A stretch of DNA of 64,000 bases from a virus. This document shows positions 10,050 to 20,151 of this stretch, in pieces; position 1 is the stretch's first letter; every line of letters starts with the position of its first letter. The position numbers were made by a program, and so were the translations under genes. The stretch is taken from IMG/VR virus record IMGVR_UViG_3300028025_000090; one strand, 5' to 3'. A model generated the notes under the pieces. The model had not been told where the DNA came from. It worked only from the letters and a program-made list of their open reading frames with translations, and did no database searches.

Positions 10050-12788
10050 ATGCAACGAACAATTAACAGCCCAGGAGTAGAAATTTTCGAAAGAGATTTG
10101 AGTCTCATCGCACCAACAAATGTTGGTACTAACGTTTTCGTGACTGGTTTCACCTCACAAGGTCCATCAGATGAAGTGATCAAAATCACTACTAGAGACG
10201 AATTGGATTCGATTTACGGCACACCAACGAATAGTGCTGAAAGATATTTTTATTATACTGTAAGAGAACTTCTGAATTCTCCTGCCAACATCTACACTTT
10301 CCGCATTCCTTATGGTAGCGGTTCTGGTGATGGATTCGGTACACAACACACTGCACTGGTTTATCCAGTAGTTGCAGTATCTAATTCTGGTTCTCAGACT
10401 ACATCTGTTAGTAGCTTTGATTTGTCTATAAATTATAATGGAGCTTTGAAAGCATCTCCTCTTTCTGGTTCAGCTTTTAAAATTCAAACATCTAGAGGGC
10501 AATCAAAAACTGTTGTGTTTAAAATTGGTAGTGATAATCCTTACAGACAAGGAGATATCGTGGTTCCAGTGGCAGAATCTTTCACTATATCACAGGTGTT
10601 GACAGCTATTGGAAACACCCTACCATTATCTGCAACAGATTTAACCGTTTCACTTGGCACAAATACTTTTACAGTAAAATTATCAGGATATGTTCCATTG
10701 ACGATTACCCCTTCAGTAAGTTCTTCTATTTTAGCTGGCTTAGATGATGAGGGTGATGTATTTACAATCTCCTCTAATACAATAAATTCATTCCAATTAG
10801 GTGAAATTGTTAATTCCACCCTTAATATGTCTTCAGGGACATATTTCCTCGGAAAACCTTATCAAGTCAGTCTCACGGAAGCTGAATTTGCTCAAGCCAT
10901 GGAAGGAACACTCTTTGATTGGAGTTCCACTGCTGCTGCCACATCCTCTTTTGAAGGAACTAAATCTTCCGCTATTAGCAGTATGGGTGGTGCTGGTATC
11001 ATTATCTTTGACAAAGCACAAACCACAATCAACAGCCAATTTGAAGGTTATTATGTGGGTATTGCGGACAACGTGAATCATAATCCAGCATCCAACTTCG
11101 ATGCTGTCACCCGTGCATACACCAATAGCCTCACTGCTGATGTTGTTTCAAATTATACACAGATTCCTAACGGAACTCTACAATTCAATCTCTCAGCTAC
11201 TGCCAATGGTGCATCTAACAGTATTTCCCAAGTTATGGAGAATCTTACAGACTACAACATTGATGGTAGGGAAGATGATGACCTTCTGAACATTGGTGTC
11301 TTTAAGCTCCGCAAGAGCATTTATGCTACGGAAGCGTTCAAGCTGGATTATGTGCTTGATGATCGTATCGTTGGTTCGATTGATTCATTCCGTACTCAAC
11401 TCAATCCTTCTGGTGGTCCATCTGTCCCATTCTTCTTGGAAACTCAAGATACGAATGCTCGTAATGTGGAAATCATGGTCAACCCATATATCTCCAACAA
11501 GTTCACCCAATCCTCTCTGGATTCTTCGGGTAATCCAATTAAGAAAATTCGTGTCCTCACAGAATCTCTTTTGGACACGAATTTTTCTGAAATTTCTGCT
11601 GCTGTTGGTGTCACCCAACAAGCACTTTCAGATGTTTCGAATATACTAAATACTGCAAATGCTCTGTATCCTCTTGGTGCATATAGCCCAACTAAAATTA
11701 CACAGAAATTGCTTGGAAGCATTCCAAGTAAAATCAATCGTGCTTTGGAAAGTGTTAAAAACGATGAGATTTACGACATTGATGTCGTAGTCGAAGGTGG
11801 TCTTGGAACAGTGTTCACAATGGCATCTGCCGCTGGAACAACTTATTACGATGATACTCTATACAATCCTGCATTGAAAACAAAAGTCGATTCTCTTAGA
11901 ACATCGCGAGATATTTTCAACGATACGGTTGCTACCGATCTTCGTGGAAGCTACAGTGCAGTCTTCAATCAATTTGAAAATTTCTGTAACCTCCCAAGTA
12001 ACACTGGTGGTCGTGGTGACTGTATCTTCATTGCTGATCCAATCCGTCATATTCTTGTGACTGGAAGAAACAGTAAGATTCTTACTGACAAAACCAGAAA
12101 CTTCCAATTGGACGTTTATTGGGCAATGAGACACCAATTTGAATTGGAGAATACCTCGTATGCAGCTACCTATGGTAACTGGGTACAAGCTTATGACGAT
12201 TTCACTGGTGAGAAAGTTTGGATTCCATTCTCTGGTTATCAAGCTGCTATCATGGCTCGTAGCGATGCTGCTGAATTCCCATGGTCTGCTCCTGCTGGAT
12301 TCACTCGTGGTCTTGTAACCAACGCTTTGGATATCGCTATCAATCCTAATCAGAAACAACGTGATGAACTTTACAAGGTAAACATTAACCCTGTTATGTT
12401 CTCTGCATCTCAAGGAATCGTGGTGTTCGGTCAAAAAACAATGTCTCGCAAACCAAGCGCATTTGATCGTATCAATGTTCGTAGATTGTTCCTCGCTCTG
12501 GAAAGACCTACTAAGAAAACAGCACAATTCTTCGTGTTTGAACCTAACAATGAATTCACTCGCACCAGATTGGTCAATACATTGAACCCAATCTTCAAAA
12601 CTGCGAAGGAAAATGGTGGTTGCTATGATTACTTGATTGTCTGCGATGAAAGAAATAACACGCCACAAGTCATTGATAGTAATGAACTGAAAGTTGATAT
12701 TCTAATCAAACCAACGAGAACTGGTGAGTTCATCCTCTGCACCTTCACAGCGACCAGATCCGATGCAAACTTCGACGAATTGGTATAA
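10050..12788 (+). CDS. gp18: Tail sheath protein, T4 gp18-like
   Basis: SPGVEIFERDLS N-terminus; C-terminal WSAPAGFTRG, NPNQKQRDELYKVNINPV, GQKT, FDRINVRRLFL, FEPNNEFTR, IKPTR; start moved to 10050 (5 nt after TAAATA). Confidence 0.95.
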   Translation: MQRTINSPGVEIFERDLSLIAPTNVGTNVFVTGFTSQGPSDEVIKITTRDELDSIYGTPTNSAERYFYYTVRELLNSPANIYTFRIPYGSGSGDGFGTQHTALVYPVVAVSNSGSQTTSVSSFDLSINYNGALKASPLSGSAFKIQTSRGQSKTVVFKIGSDNPYRQGDIVVPVAESFTISQVLTAIGNTLPLSATDLTVSLGTNTFTVKLSGYVPLTITPSVSSSILAGLDDEGDVFTISSNTINSFQLGEIVNSTLNMSSGTYFLGKPYQVSLTEAEFAQAMEGTLFDWSSTAAATSSFEGTKSSAISSMGGAGIIIFDKAQTTINSQFEGYYVGIADNVNHNPASNFDAVTRAYTNSLTADVVSNYTQIPNGTLQFNLSATANGASNSISQVMENLTDYNIDGREDDDLLNIGVFKLRKSIYATEAFKLDYVLDDRIVGSIDSFRTQLNPSGGPSVPFFLETQDTNARNVEIMVNPYISNKFTQSSLDSSGNPIKKIRVLTESLLDTNFSEISAAVGVTQQALSDVSNILNTANALYPLGAYSPTKITQKLLGSIPSKINRALESVKNDEIYDIDVVVEGGLGTVFTMASAAGTTYYDDTLYNPALKTKVDSLRTSRDIFNDTVATDLRGSYSAVFNQFENFCNLPSNTGGRGDCIFIADPIRHILVTGRNSKILTDKTRNFQLDVYWAMRHQFELENTSYAATYGNWVQAYDDFTGEKVWIPFSGYQAAIMARSDAAEFPWSAPAGFTRGLVTNALDIAINPNQKQRDELYKVNINPVMFSASQGIVVFGQKTMSRKPSAFDRINVRRLFLALERPTKKTAQFFVFEPNNEFTRTRLVNTLNPIFKTAKENGGCYDYLIVCDERNNTPQVIDSNELKVDILIKPTRTGEFILCTFTATRSDANFDELV

Positions 12789-12811
12789 TATTAATACTAA
12801 ATAATATAAGA

Positions 12812-12846
12812 AATCCTGATTGGCAATACCAGTCAGGATTTTTTTT
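12812..12846 (+). terminator. Intrinsic terminator after gp18
   Basis: AATCCTGATTGG-caata-CCAGTCAGGATT plus a T-run. Confidence 0.85.
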
Positions 12847-12895
12847 ATAAAAGGATTTATTTGGAAAAAGTTATATCTCTAGACTAAATAATAAT

Positions 12896-13666
12896 ATGGC
12901 TGGAACTACCATTGAAAATTTAGGCAAAGCAACAGAATACGATCAATGTCCTGCTATTTATATTTTAAAAAATAATAAAAACGGTAAGGTTTATGTCGGA
13001 GAAACTATGAATTTGAGACAGCGAGTATATTCATATCATAAATCAAATATAGATACCCCTAGACCTATATTGAGAGCTATCAATAAACATGGTTTAGAAA
13101 ATTTTTCATTCGAATATCAATATTATCCTGATATGTCTAAGGACGAATTATTGGATATTGAAGAGAGATTAATAAAAGAACACAATAGTTTAATGAGTGG
13201 AAGCGGATACAATGTTTGTTCAAGAGGGCAAAATAGATATTTAGCAACACAATCTCTTGAAGCTCGTAAAAAAAGGAGTGAAATTTTTAAAGGGAGAGTC
13301 ATTACAGAAGAATGGAGAGAAAACATGTCAAAAGCCAAGAGTGGAGAGAACCATCCAATGTATGGTAAAAAAATGTCAGAGGAGACGAGGAAAAAAATGG
13401 GCGATTCCAGAAGAGGTGAGAGAAATGGGAGATATGGGAAGAAAATGTCTGAAGAAGCTAAAAGAAAAATGGTAGAAAATTTACCAAATAAAGTATGTGT
13501 ATCACAATATACAAAATCTGGTGAATTTGTTAAATCTTATTTTTCTATAGCTGAAGCTGCGAAACAAACTGGAATAGATAGTCGTCATATAAGTGCGGTG
13601 TGTAATAATAAAAATAGAAAAACATCTGGTGGTTATATTTGGAAAAAAGACACACTTCATCACTAA
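12896..13666 (+). mobile_element. Free-standing GIY-YIG homing endonuclease (Seg-like) with NUMOD3 repeats and C-terminal NUMOD1 HTH
   Basis: AIYILKN..KVYVGET..R (GIY-YIG), ENHPMYGKKMSEETRKKM x2 (NUMOD3), FVKSYFSIAEAAKQTGI..GGYIW (NUMOD1); own TAAATA promoter; between gp18 and gp19. Confidence 0.9.
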
Positions 13667-13674
13667 ATACTATT

Positions 13675-14244
13675 ATGCCAACAAGTATTGAAAATTTTAT
13701 GTCACAGGCGATGCAAAAACAATTTGCTCGCGACTTCCTTTTCCGTGTTAAACAGATCGACATCACAGGACTTTCCTTGGATGGTGAGACTGATTTGGTT
13801 TACGCTAAAACAGCTACTTTTCCTGGAAGAGATATTGAAAACAAACAGGTGAATTATTCAGGTCAAACTTTCAATATTCCTGGAAAATCTAGCTATCCAG
13901 GTTCTGAAGGTTGGTCTGTAGAATTTTATCTTGATCAAAATTTGGATATCAGAGAGAAACTCGAAAGAGCAAGTAGAGTCCTATTCGACAACGAAACCAC
14001 CACTGGTAATATTTGTATGCCAGGATACGAATCCGTAATTACTTTGGATGTTCTTCAAATCCCTTGTCAAAGAGGTCCTAATGTAACATCGGGTAGTGAA
14101 ATGCAAGTTGGTAGAACAATCCAATTGATTGGTGCTTCTCTTCGAAATATCAGCGAAGTTTCTTATGAAATTGCTGATGGAACTGGTGAAATTAAAACAT
14201 TCACTGCGACTTTCGCGTATCATTTCTATCGTGGACTGGTCTAA
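13675..14244 (+). CDS. gp19: Tail tube protein, T4 gp19-like
   Basis: FARDFLFRV..AKTATFPGR..VNYSGQTFNIPGK..WSVEFY..IKTFTATFAYH; start moved to 13675 (5 nt after TAAATA). Confidence 0.8.
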   Translation: MPTSIENFMSQAMQKQFARDFLFRVKQIDITGLSLDGETDLVYAKTATFPGRDIENKQVNYSGQTFNIPGKSSYPGSEGWSVEFYLDQNLDIREKLERASRVLFDNETTTGNICMPGYESVITLDVLQIPCQRGPNVTSGSEMQVGRTIQLIGASLRNISEVSYEIADGTGEIKTFTATFAYHFYRGLV

Positions 14245-14260
14245 GTGATTAAGTAATTAC

Positions 14261-14869
14261 ATGTCTAACCCACAGATTGAAGATTTTCTCCAAGCGTTCT
14301 CAGGGGACGCTAGATACTGTCTTTCTATACCAGTATTATGGTCAGTATCCATTGATGGAGTATCGAATGATTCCATAAACCAGTATTTACAGTTAGCACA
14401 GGAAAAATGGAGAGCTAAGATCACTCCTAATTCCATGACAAAAAATGGTAATATTTTACCAGCACAAGCAGTGACAATTCCAACTGAGGGAGCTAATTTT
14501 GGTTCTAGTTCAATTGGTGAAAATAGTGGTGGATTTTTGCCAGGATATGTTTTGAACAGTAGACAAGATTTCTTGTCTCGTAGCTTTTCTATAAACTTTT
14601 TAGAGACTAGAAAAGATTTGGAACATGAATATTTCAGACCTTGGATTATCGCTACATCTATAAAAGGATTAATCGAAGCAGGTGCAAATCTCAAAGCTGA
14701 TATCACAGTGAAACAATACACAAACGGTGGTGAATTGAGAAAAGGTTATATCTTTAGAAAAGCATTTCCCACTGCTGTTGAAGGATTTACAATGGATTAT
14801 CAAAATACAGAATTTCCTGTGAAATCCGTGACATTTGCTTGTCAGAATTACGAACAGATTGCTGTGTAA
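14261..14869 (+). CDS. Second tube-fold protein (gp54/gp19-like tube initiator)
   Basis: ILPAQAVTIP..FSINFLET..RPWI..ADITVKQY..FRKAFPTAV..VTFACQNY; TAAGTA promoter variant. Confidence 0.6.
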   Translation: MSNPQIEDFLQAFSGDARYCLSIPVLWSVSIDGVSNDSINQYLQLAQEKWRAKITPNSMTKNGNILPAQAVTIPTEGANFGSSSIGENSGGFLPGYVLNSRQDFLSRSFSINFLETRKDLEHEYFRPWIIATSIKGLIEAGANLKADITVKQYTNGGELRKGYIFRKAFPTAVEGFTMDYQNTEFPVKSVTFACQNYEQIAV

Positions 14870-15570
14870 TGAGGATAACAATCAAAGATATAAAAAAATG
14901 TTTGGAGGAAGATGAGGATTTCTTCGTGGATTATTTGAATAAATTCAAAGGTAATAATACACATGAAAAGTTCATAAACGTCTTAAAGAATTGGGAGAAA
15001 TATGTTTCATATACCATCAATTTCAATATAAAAGAGAAAAATATAAAAATATCATTAGATTATCTCATAAAGGAATTGAATGAATTTGTTGCTGAACCCA
15101 CTTGGTTTGAACATTCAAATATAAAAGTATTAGTCGATATCCCAAGTAAATTTGTAAAAGAATTGAATATCCTATCGGTGTCCAATTTCATCAAAAAAAT
15201 AGAATACGGTAATTTTGTTGTTGATTTTGCGGAATTATCAGATGAAGTTAAAGATGAAATGTTGGAAAAATTACCAGCAGATTTCTATAATAAAATGATA
15301 CAATTTTTAGTAAACGCAAAGGATAAAAAAATCATTTTACAAAACGCTGCACTAGAAAACATGGAAATCAACTTCTTAACATCTTTACCATACGAAATGA
15401 TTAAAGGATTGTTTTATTCTTATGATATGGATTACTTTCGAGATATCATATATCATCTTTCAAAGAAAATTGACGGTGGAATTTTAATGGATTCTACCAT
15501 CATGGATATTGAATATTACATAGATAAAATGAAAGGTGAAGCTCCAACGGAAAATATGCCACTTTTTTAG
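14869..15570 (+). CDS. Baseplate hub assembly protein, C-terminus gp51-like
   Basis: C-terminal DYFRDIIYHLSKK..LMDSTIMDIEYYIDKM resembles the gp51 pattern; context. Confidence 0.45.
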   Translation: MRITIKDIKKCLEEDEDFFVDYLNKFKGNNTHEKFINVLKNWEKYVSYTINFNIKEKNIKISLDYLIKELNEFVAEPTWFEHSNIKVLVDIPSKFVKELNILSVSNFIKKIEYGNFVVDFAELSDEVKDEMLEKLPADFYNKMIQFLVNAKDKKIILQNAALENMEINFLTSLPYEMIKGLFYSYDMDYFRDIIYHLSKKIDGGILMDSTIMDIEYYIDKMKGEAPTENMPLF

Positions 15571-15602
15571 TTGACAAATGATTTGTCACAGTAAATACGG
15601 GC

Positions 15603-16334
15603 ATGGACAATAATGTTAAGAACTTCTTGGACAGTATCCAAGATTTAAAAAATACAAAATTCAAAGTGAATCGTATTACTACTGGTGAAAAAGTTGATTG
15701 CGTTCCTTTGTCATTCAAACAACAAAAGAATATTATTTCTACCTTCACAGAAGGAACTGTTGGTGTTTTGAAATTCCAAAAGATGTTGAATGATATTATC
15801 ATTGAAAACACTGGAAATAATGATTGGTTGGTTGTTGATAAGGTTCCTGTTATTTTAAAATTGAGAAAAGAAAGTCTAGGTGACATCGTTAAAACATCAG
15901 AAGGAGAAATTGATATCAGAGACATCAAAATTTTGGATAAAATTGATATTCCACTCCTACATATTGTCGAAGGAGCAGTGACAGTAGAACTGGACACACC
16001 TACATTATCTGAAGAAAATAAAGTCATCAATTATGCAATTGATATTCTTAAAAAAGATGGAGAAAAAGATGTCGGAAAGAATCTGACCAATCTATTCACC
16101 TTTGAAATTGTAAAATTCGTCAAGACTGTGAAATTTGGCGAAAAATCTTTGAGTTTCTCCGAATTATCTATCAAAGATAGAATTTCAGTAATTGAGAACT
16201 TACCACTGTCTATCAATCAAGATATTGCTAAATTTATTGATAAAATTAAAGAAATTGATAGAACCCAGACCAAAGTGGTTATCGATGGGGAAGAAAAATC
16301 ATTTGATATTGACATAACATTTTTTGATAATTAA
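15603..16334 (+). CDS. Baseplate hub assembly protein, gp26-like
   Basis: N-terminal TGEKVDCVPLSFKQQKNII resembles gp26 (KVKFRPFLVKEEKIL); late promoter. Confidence 0.5.
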   Translation: MDNNVKNFLDSIQDLKNTKFKVNRITTGEKVDCVPLSFKQQKNIISTFTEGTVGVLKFQKMLNDIIIENTGNNDWLVVDKVPVILKLRKESLGDIVKTSEGEIDIRDIKILDKIDIPLLHIVEGAVTVELDTPTLSEENKVINYAIDILKKDGEKDVGKNLTNLFTFEIVKFVKTVKFGEKSLSFSELSIKDRISVIENLPLSINQDIAKFIDKIKEIDRTQTKVVIDGEEKSFDIDITFFDN

Positions 16335-16336
16335 TT

Positions 16337-16561
16337 ATGAAGAAAAACACGATACTTAAAAAATTGGAAACTCACGAAGAGAAAATTATTAAATCTATTA
16401 ACGATTTTCAAGATTTTCTTGATTCGATTGATGATACTGAAATTTCAGTAATGGCTGAAGATTTCTGTGCAGGTGCGCTTGACTTCATTCAAGAGAATGA
16501 TACTTGTAGTCTGATCAACATTAGAGAATTTATCGAGAACGAATATGACCCAGAGCAATAA
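16337..16561 (+). CDS. Hypothetical protein
   Basis: 74-aa ORF tightly packed in the operon. Confidence 0.6.
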   Translation: MKKNTILKKLETHEEKIIKSINDFQDFLDSIDDTEISVMAEDFCAGALDFIQENDTCSLINIREFIENEYDPEQ

Positions 16562-17480
16562 TATTTTAATTTTAGGTAAAGGTTACATTGGTAATTACCT
16601 TTTTAACCATTTACAATCTAAATCATTTAACATCCAAATTAAATCGAGAAACGATCTTGATTACCATGACATGTCAGTATTGAAGAAATTCATTCTCAAT
16701 AATAATATTAGAACGGTAATAAATTGTTCAGGATTTACTGGTAAACCTAATGTGGATCAAGCAGAATTGGAAAAAGAAGAATGTTGGAAATTGAACACCA
16801 CTGTTCCTTTGGAAATTAATAGATCATGCGACTCATTGGGAGTCTACTACATCCACGTTTCTACTGGTTGTCTTTATGATGGATACGATAAAGAGTGGTC
16901 GGAAAAAGATACTCCTAATTTTGGATTGTTTCAAAATCACAGTTCATTCTACAGCAGATCCAAACATGCTTACGAAAATCTCGCAAAAGATTTGAAAGGT
17001 ATTGTTTTGAGAATTAGAATGCCATTTGGTCAAGATAATTCATATAGAAATTATCTCACTAAAATTAAAAATTATAATGATTTATTGAATCTTGTAAATT
17101 CCAAGACATACATTCCTGATCTTTGTGATTTCGTGCAATACCTTATTAGCACCTTAGATAATGACACTTATTGGATTCGTAGAGAGACTTACAATATCAC
17201 CAATCCCGAACCATTGAAAACCGAGGAGATTTGTGAGATTCTGAAATCATATGGTATGCACAATTCCAATTGGAAATTGGGAGATAGATCACAATTGAAA
17301 GCACATGCAAATCGTTCTAATTGTGTATTAGATACCAGTAAATTGCAAGAAATATTTCCAATCAGAACTGAGAAGCAAGCAATCATTGAATGTTGTGAAC
17401 AAATCATCGCTGATCAAAAGGAAAGATTGAAGAAACAACAAGAAATCTCTGAAGACGAACTATATAAAATTTATGACTAA
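16545..17480 (+). CDS. NDP-4-keto-6-deoxyglucose 3,5-epimerase/4-reductase (RmlD-like extended SDR, UER/NRS-ER type)
   Basis: GKGYIG, NCSGFTGKPNVD, HVSTGCLY, PNF..SFYSRSK (YxxxK), LRIRMP. Confidence 0.75.
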   Translation: MTQSNNILILGKGYIGNYLFNHLQSKSFNIQIKSRNDLDYHDMSVLKKFILNNNIRTVINCSGFTGKPNVDQAELEKEECWKLNTTVPLEINRSCDSLGVYYIHVSTGCLYDGYDKEWSEKDTPNFGLFQNHSSFYSRSKHAYENLAKDLKGIVLRIRMPFGQDNSYRNYLTKIKNYNDLLNLVNSKTYIPDLCDFVQYLISTLDNDTYWIRRETYNITNPEPLKTEEICEILKSYGMHNSNWKLGDRSQLKAHANRSNCVLDTSKLQEIFPIRTEKQAIIECCEQIIADQKERLKKQQEISEDELYKIYD

Positions 17481-18213
17481 AAAAGGAATTGTTCTTTCGG
17501 GGGGGAAGGCGACTCGCTTATACCCCATTACAAAAACGACATCCAAACAATTGTTGGGTATTTACAAAAAACCAGTGATTGCCTATCCCCTTCAAACACT
17601 GAAGGAAATGGGTTATCAAGATATCCTTATTATCAATGCTGATGAGGAACAACAAAAACAATTTAAGATTTTGTTGGGAGATGGTGGTAAATTCGGTCTG
17701 AATCTGACTTATGCAATTCAGGACAAACCTCGTGGTCTTGTCGATGCTTTTATTGTTGGAGAAGAATTTATTAAAGATGCAGATGAAATCTGTTTGATCC
17801 TTGGTGATAATATTATCATCGGCAACTCACCGATTTATCCCCAATCGAATACGATCTACACTTACAAAGTAAAAGACCCATCAGCATATGGCGTTGTAGA
17901 AACTGATGAAAATGGTTTGATCAAAAAAATTGTGGAGAAACCTAAAGAATTTATTTCAGAAGATGCTGTGATCGGTCTTTATGTATTTTCCAATGAAGTG
18001 GTTGAGATGGCTAAAAAGGTCACACCATCAGCAAGAGGAGAATTGGAAATCGTTGATCTCATTCGCTTGATGAATGAGAAAGAAGGTGTCAATGTCGAGA
18101 AACTGGATGGTTTTTGGTTCGATATTGGTGACTTCGATTCCCTATTGGATTGTGCAAATCTTGTTCGAACTATTGACAAACGCTCAAACCATGCTATTGG
18201 TATTGATGTATGA
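17473..18213 (+). CDS. rmlA: Glucose-1-phosphate thymidylyltransferase
   Basis: KGIVLSGGKATRLYPIT..SKQLL, QDKPRGLVDAF, LILGDN, EKP, SARGELEI, WFDIG. Confidence 0.9.
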   Translation: MTKKGIVLSGGKATRLYPITKTTSKQLLGIYKKPVIAYPLQTLKEMGYQDILIINADEEQQKQFKILLGDGGKFGLNLTYAIQDKPRGLVDAFIVGEEFIKDADEICLILGDNIIIGNSPIYPQSNTIYTYKVKDPSAYGVVETDENGLIKKIVEKPKEFISEDAVIGLYVFSNEVVEMAKKVTPSARGELEIVDLIRLMNEKEGVNVEKLDGFWFDIGDFDSLLDCANLVRTIDKRSNHAIGIDV

Positions 18214-19133
18214 GCGACTTATGGGTAGAACAATATAGACCACAGACTTTGGATGATCTGATGGTTGATGATAAAACAAGACAAATAATCCAAAACTTTG
18301 GTAGAGATATCCCGAATTTGTTATTGACTGGTGTTGCTGGAAGCGGTAAGACCAGTCTTGCCAAAATCATCACTAAAGATATTTTGAATTGTGATTATCT
18401 TTATATTAATGCCTCTGATGAAAACGGCGTGGACACGATTCGAGAGAAAGTTATTGGGTTTGCCCAAACAATGAGTTTTGATGGTGGATTGAAAATTGTA
18501 ATTCTGGATGAAGCAGATGGTATCTCCAAACAGGCACAGGGGATTCTACGTAACGTAATGGAGTCCTATTCATCCACCACACGATTCATCCTCACAGGTA
18601 ATTACAAACACCGTATCATCCCTGCTCTACAGTCTCGTTGTCAGAGTCTCACTCTTCATACATCCCTGAAAGATGTCACTCGTCGTTGTGTGGATATTCT
18701 TAGAAAAGAGAATGTGGAGATTCCTGATGATCAGAAGAAGAATCTGGTAAATCTGATCAGAAGTCATTTTCCTGATATCAGGAAATGTATCAATGAGTTG
18801 GAGAAGTTCTCCAAGTCTGGTGTTCTCACTATTGAATCGAAGAAGGATACTAATGAGACATTAGAATTAATCTATAACAATCTCAAGTCAGGTAAGACAC
18901 TGGAAACCAGAAAGTTTCTCATTGAGAACGAAGAATTATTTGATTCTGATCACGAAGCTCTTTTGAAAGATTTGTTGAATCATTTTTATGATCTACAAAT
19001 TGATGACACTATAAAAAAACAAGCTATCCTAATAATTGCGGATAGCTTGTTTAAAATGATTTCTGTTACTGACAGGGAGATATGTTGTATCGCTTGTCTA
19101 TTACAGTTGGAAGAATTATTCCCCCCAAAATAA
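18210..19133 (+). CDS. gp44: Sliding-clamp loader AAA+ subunit (T4 gp44/RFC-small-like)
   Basis: LWVEQYRPQTLDD, GVAGSGKT, INASDENG, ILDEAD, ALQSRC (SRC motif), FPDIRKCINEL. Confidence 0.9.
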   Translation: MSDLWVEQYRPQTLDDLMVDDKTRQIIQNFGRDIPNLLLTGVAGSGKTSLAKIITKDILNCDYLYINASDENGVDTIREKVIGFAQTMSFDGGLKIVILDEADGISKQAQGILRNVMESYSSTTRFILTGNYKHRIIPALQSRCQSLTLHTSLKDVTRRCVDILRKENVEIPDDQKKNLVNLIRSHFPDIRKCINELEKFSKSGVLTIESKKDTNETLELIYNNLKSGKTLETRKFLIENEELFDSDHEALLKDLLNHFYDLQIDDTIKKQAILIIADSLFKMISVTDREICCIACLLQLEELFPPK

Positions 19134-19877
19134 CTTATCGTAATTCTCTCTTACGAAATTCTTATCGTAGGTTTTTTGAATATTGCGAGATTTACCTTTT
19201 TTCGGATTTGGTGTTAATTCAGATTGTTTGCTTTTCCTAGCAGCGGCAGCTTGTTTCGATCTATCTGAACGTTGTTGTCTTTGTGCTGCGTAGCTACTAA
19301 CACCATCATCTTCTGGTTCTACTTGATCTTCAACTGTATTATCTTGAGGAAGTGGAGGTGGTGTTGCTTGAGATTGTTGTGGTAGAGGTGGTGGAGTAGC
19401 TTGTGTCGTTTGAATGTTTTGTTTCAATCCTTCCAAAGCATCTTGAATTTCCGAAGCAAATTTGATTTCTCCAATATTCAATCCTAATTTCTGGACATCG
19501 TTATTTAGATCAGCTACAAAATTATTAATTCTTTTTGTGATATTTTTTTTCAAATAATCAATTTTGGCATTATTACCCATGTTTCCACCTGCTTGAACAT
19601 TTTGTTGTCCTGCTTGTTGCATTCCTTGTCCAGCCTGAGTCAATTTGTTTTGAGATGGATCGATTTGACCACCCATTGCTTGAACTCCTTTAGCTGCTAA
19701 ATTACCAGCTTTTTGAACAACATTACCAGCCATTTGTTGTGCGCCACCTTTTAATTGCTGTCCCGCACCTTTAACTGCTCCAAGTGCTTGCGCACCACGG
19801 GCTTTGAAGCGATCCAAGAACCCTTCTTCTAAGAGTTCTTCCAAATTAAGTTGATCTTCATTATTATATCTAGCCAT
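19116..19877 (-). CDS. Q/G/A-rich late protein, candidate internal head protein
   Basis: Full T4-type TATAAATA 5 nt upstream; LEELLEEG N-terminus; ATPPPLPQ duplicated. Confidence 0.6.
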   Translation of the reverse strand: MARYNNEDQLNLEELLEEGFLDRFKARGAQALGAVKGAGQQLKGGAQQMAGNVVQKAGNLAAKGVQAMGGQIDPSQNKLTQAGQGMQQAGQQNVQAGGNMGNNAKIDYLKKNITKRINNFVADLNNDVQKLGLNIGEIKFASEIQDALEGLKQNIQTTQATPPPLPQQSQATPPPLPQDNTVEDQVEPEDDGVSSYAAQRQQRSDRSKQAAAARKSKQSELTPNPKKGKSRNIQKTYDKNFVRENYDKLFWGE

Positions 19878-19899
19878 ATTATTATTTATATTATTTGAA

Positions 19900-20151
19900 T
19901 TATTTCTTATTTTTTTCCCAATTAACTCTTTCAGAGCTTTTCTTTTTATACATCTTGCCTTTTATTTTTTTACAGTCTGCCTTTGTAGCTCTACATGCAG
20001 GGTAAGAACCTTTTGATGTATCTTTTCTACCACAGGGTCCGCCTGTTTTACAGTTAATCCAACCTTTGAATTTCTTACCTTTCTTATCTACATGAGGAGC
20101 AAACCAATCACGTAAATTTTCCAGTAATTGTCTTTGGGACATTCTTTCCAT
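19900..20151 (-). CDS. Small basic Cys-containing protein of a type seen in T4-like phage late regions
   Basis: LLENLRDWF..GWINCKTGGPCGR..YPACR. Confidence 0.6.
   Translation of the reverse strand: MERMSQRQLLENLRDWFAPHVDKKGKKFKGWINCKTGGPCGRKDTSKGSYPACRATKADCKKIKGKMYKKKSSERVNWEKNKK

Noticed and set aside
11859-12668. Long antisense ORFs (269 aa here; also 15500-16030, 23621-24283, 24605-25225, 63407-63913 and others)
   Set aside because: They lie wholly opposite well-supported genes, show no motifs or promoter, and are expected shadows of biased codon usage.
12896-13666. GIY-YIG gene as part of a group I intron
   Set aside because: Both flanking genes are complete, the ORF has its own promoter, and no intron core is visible.
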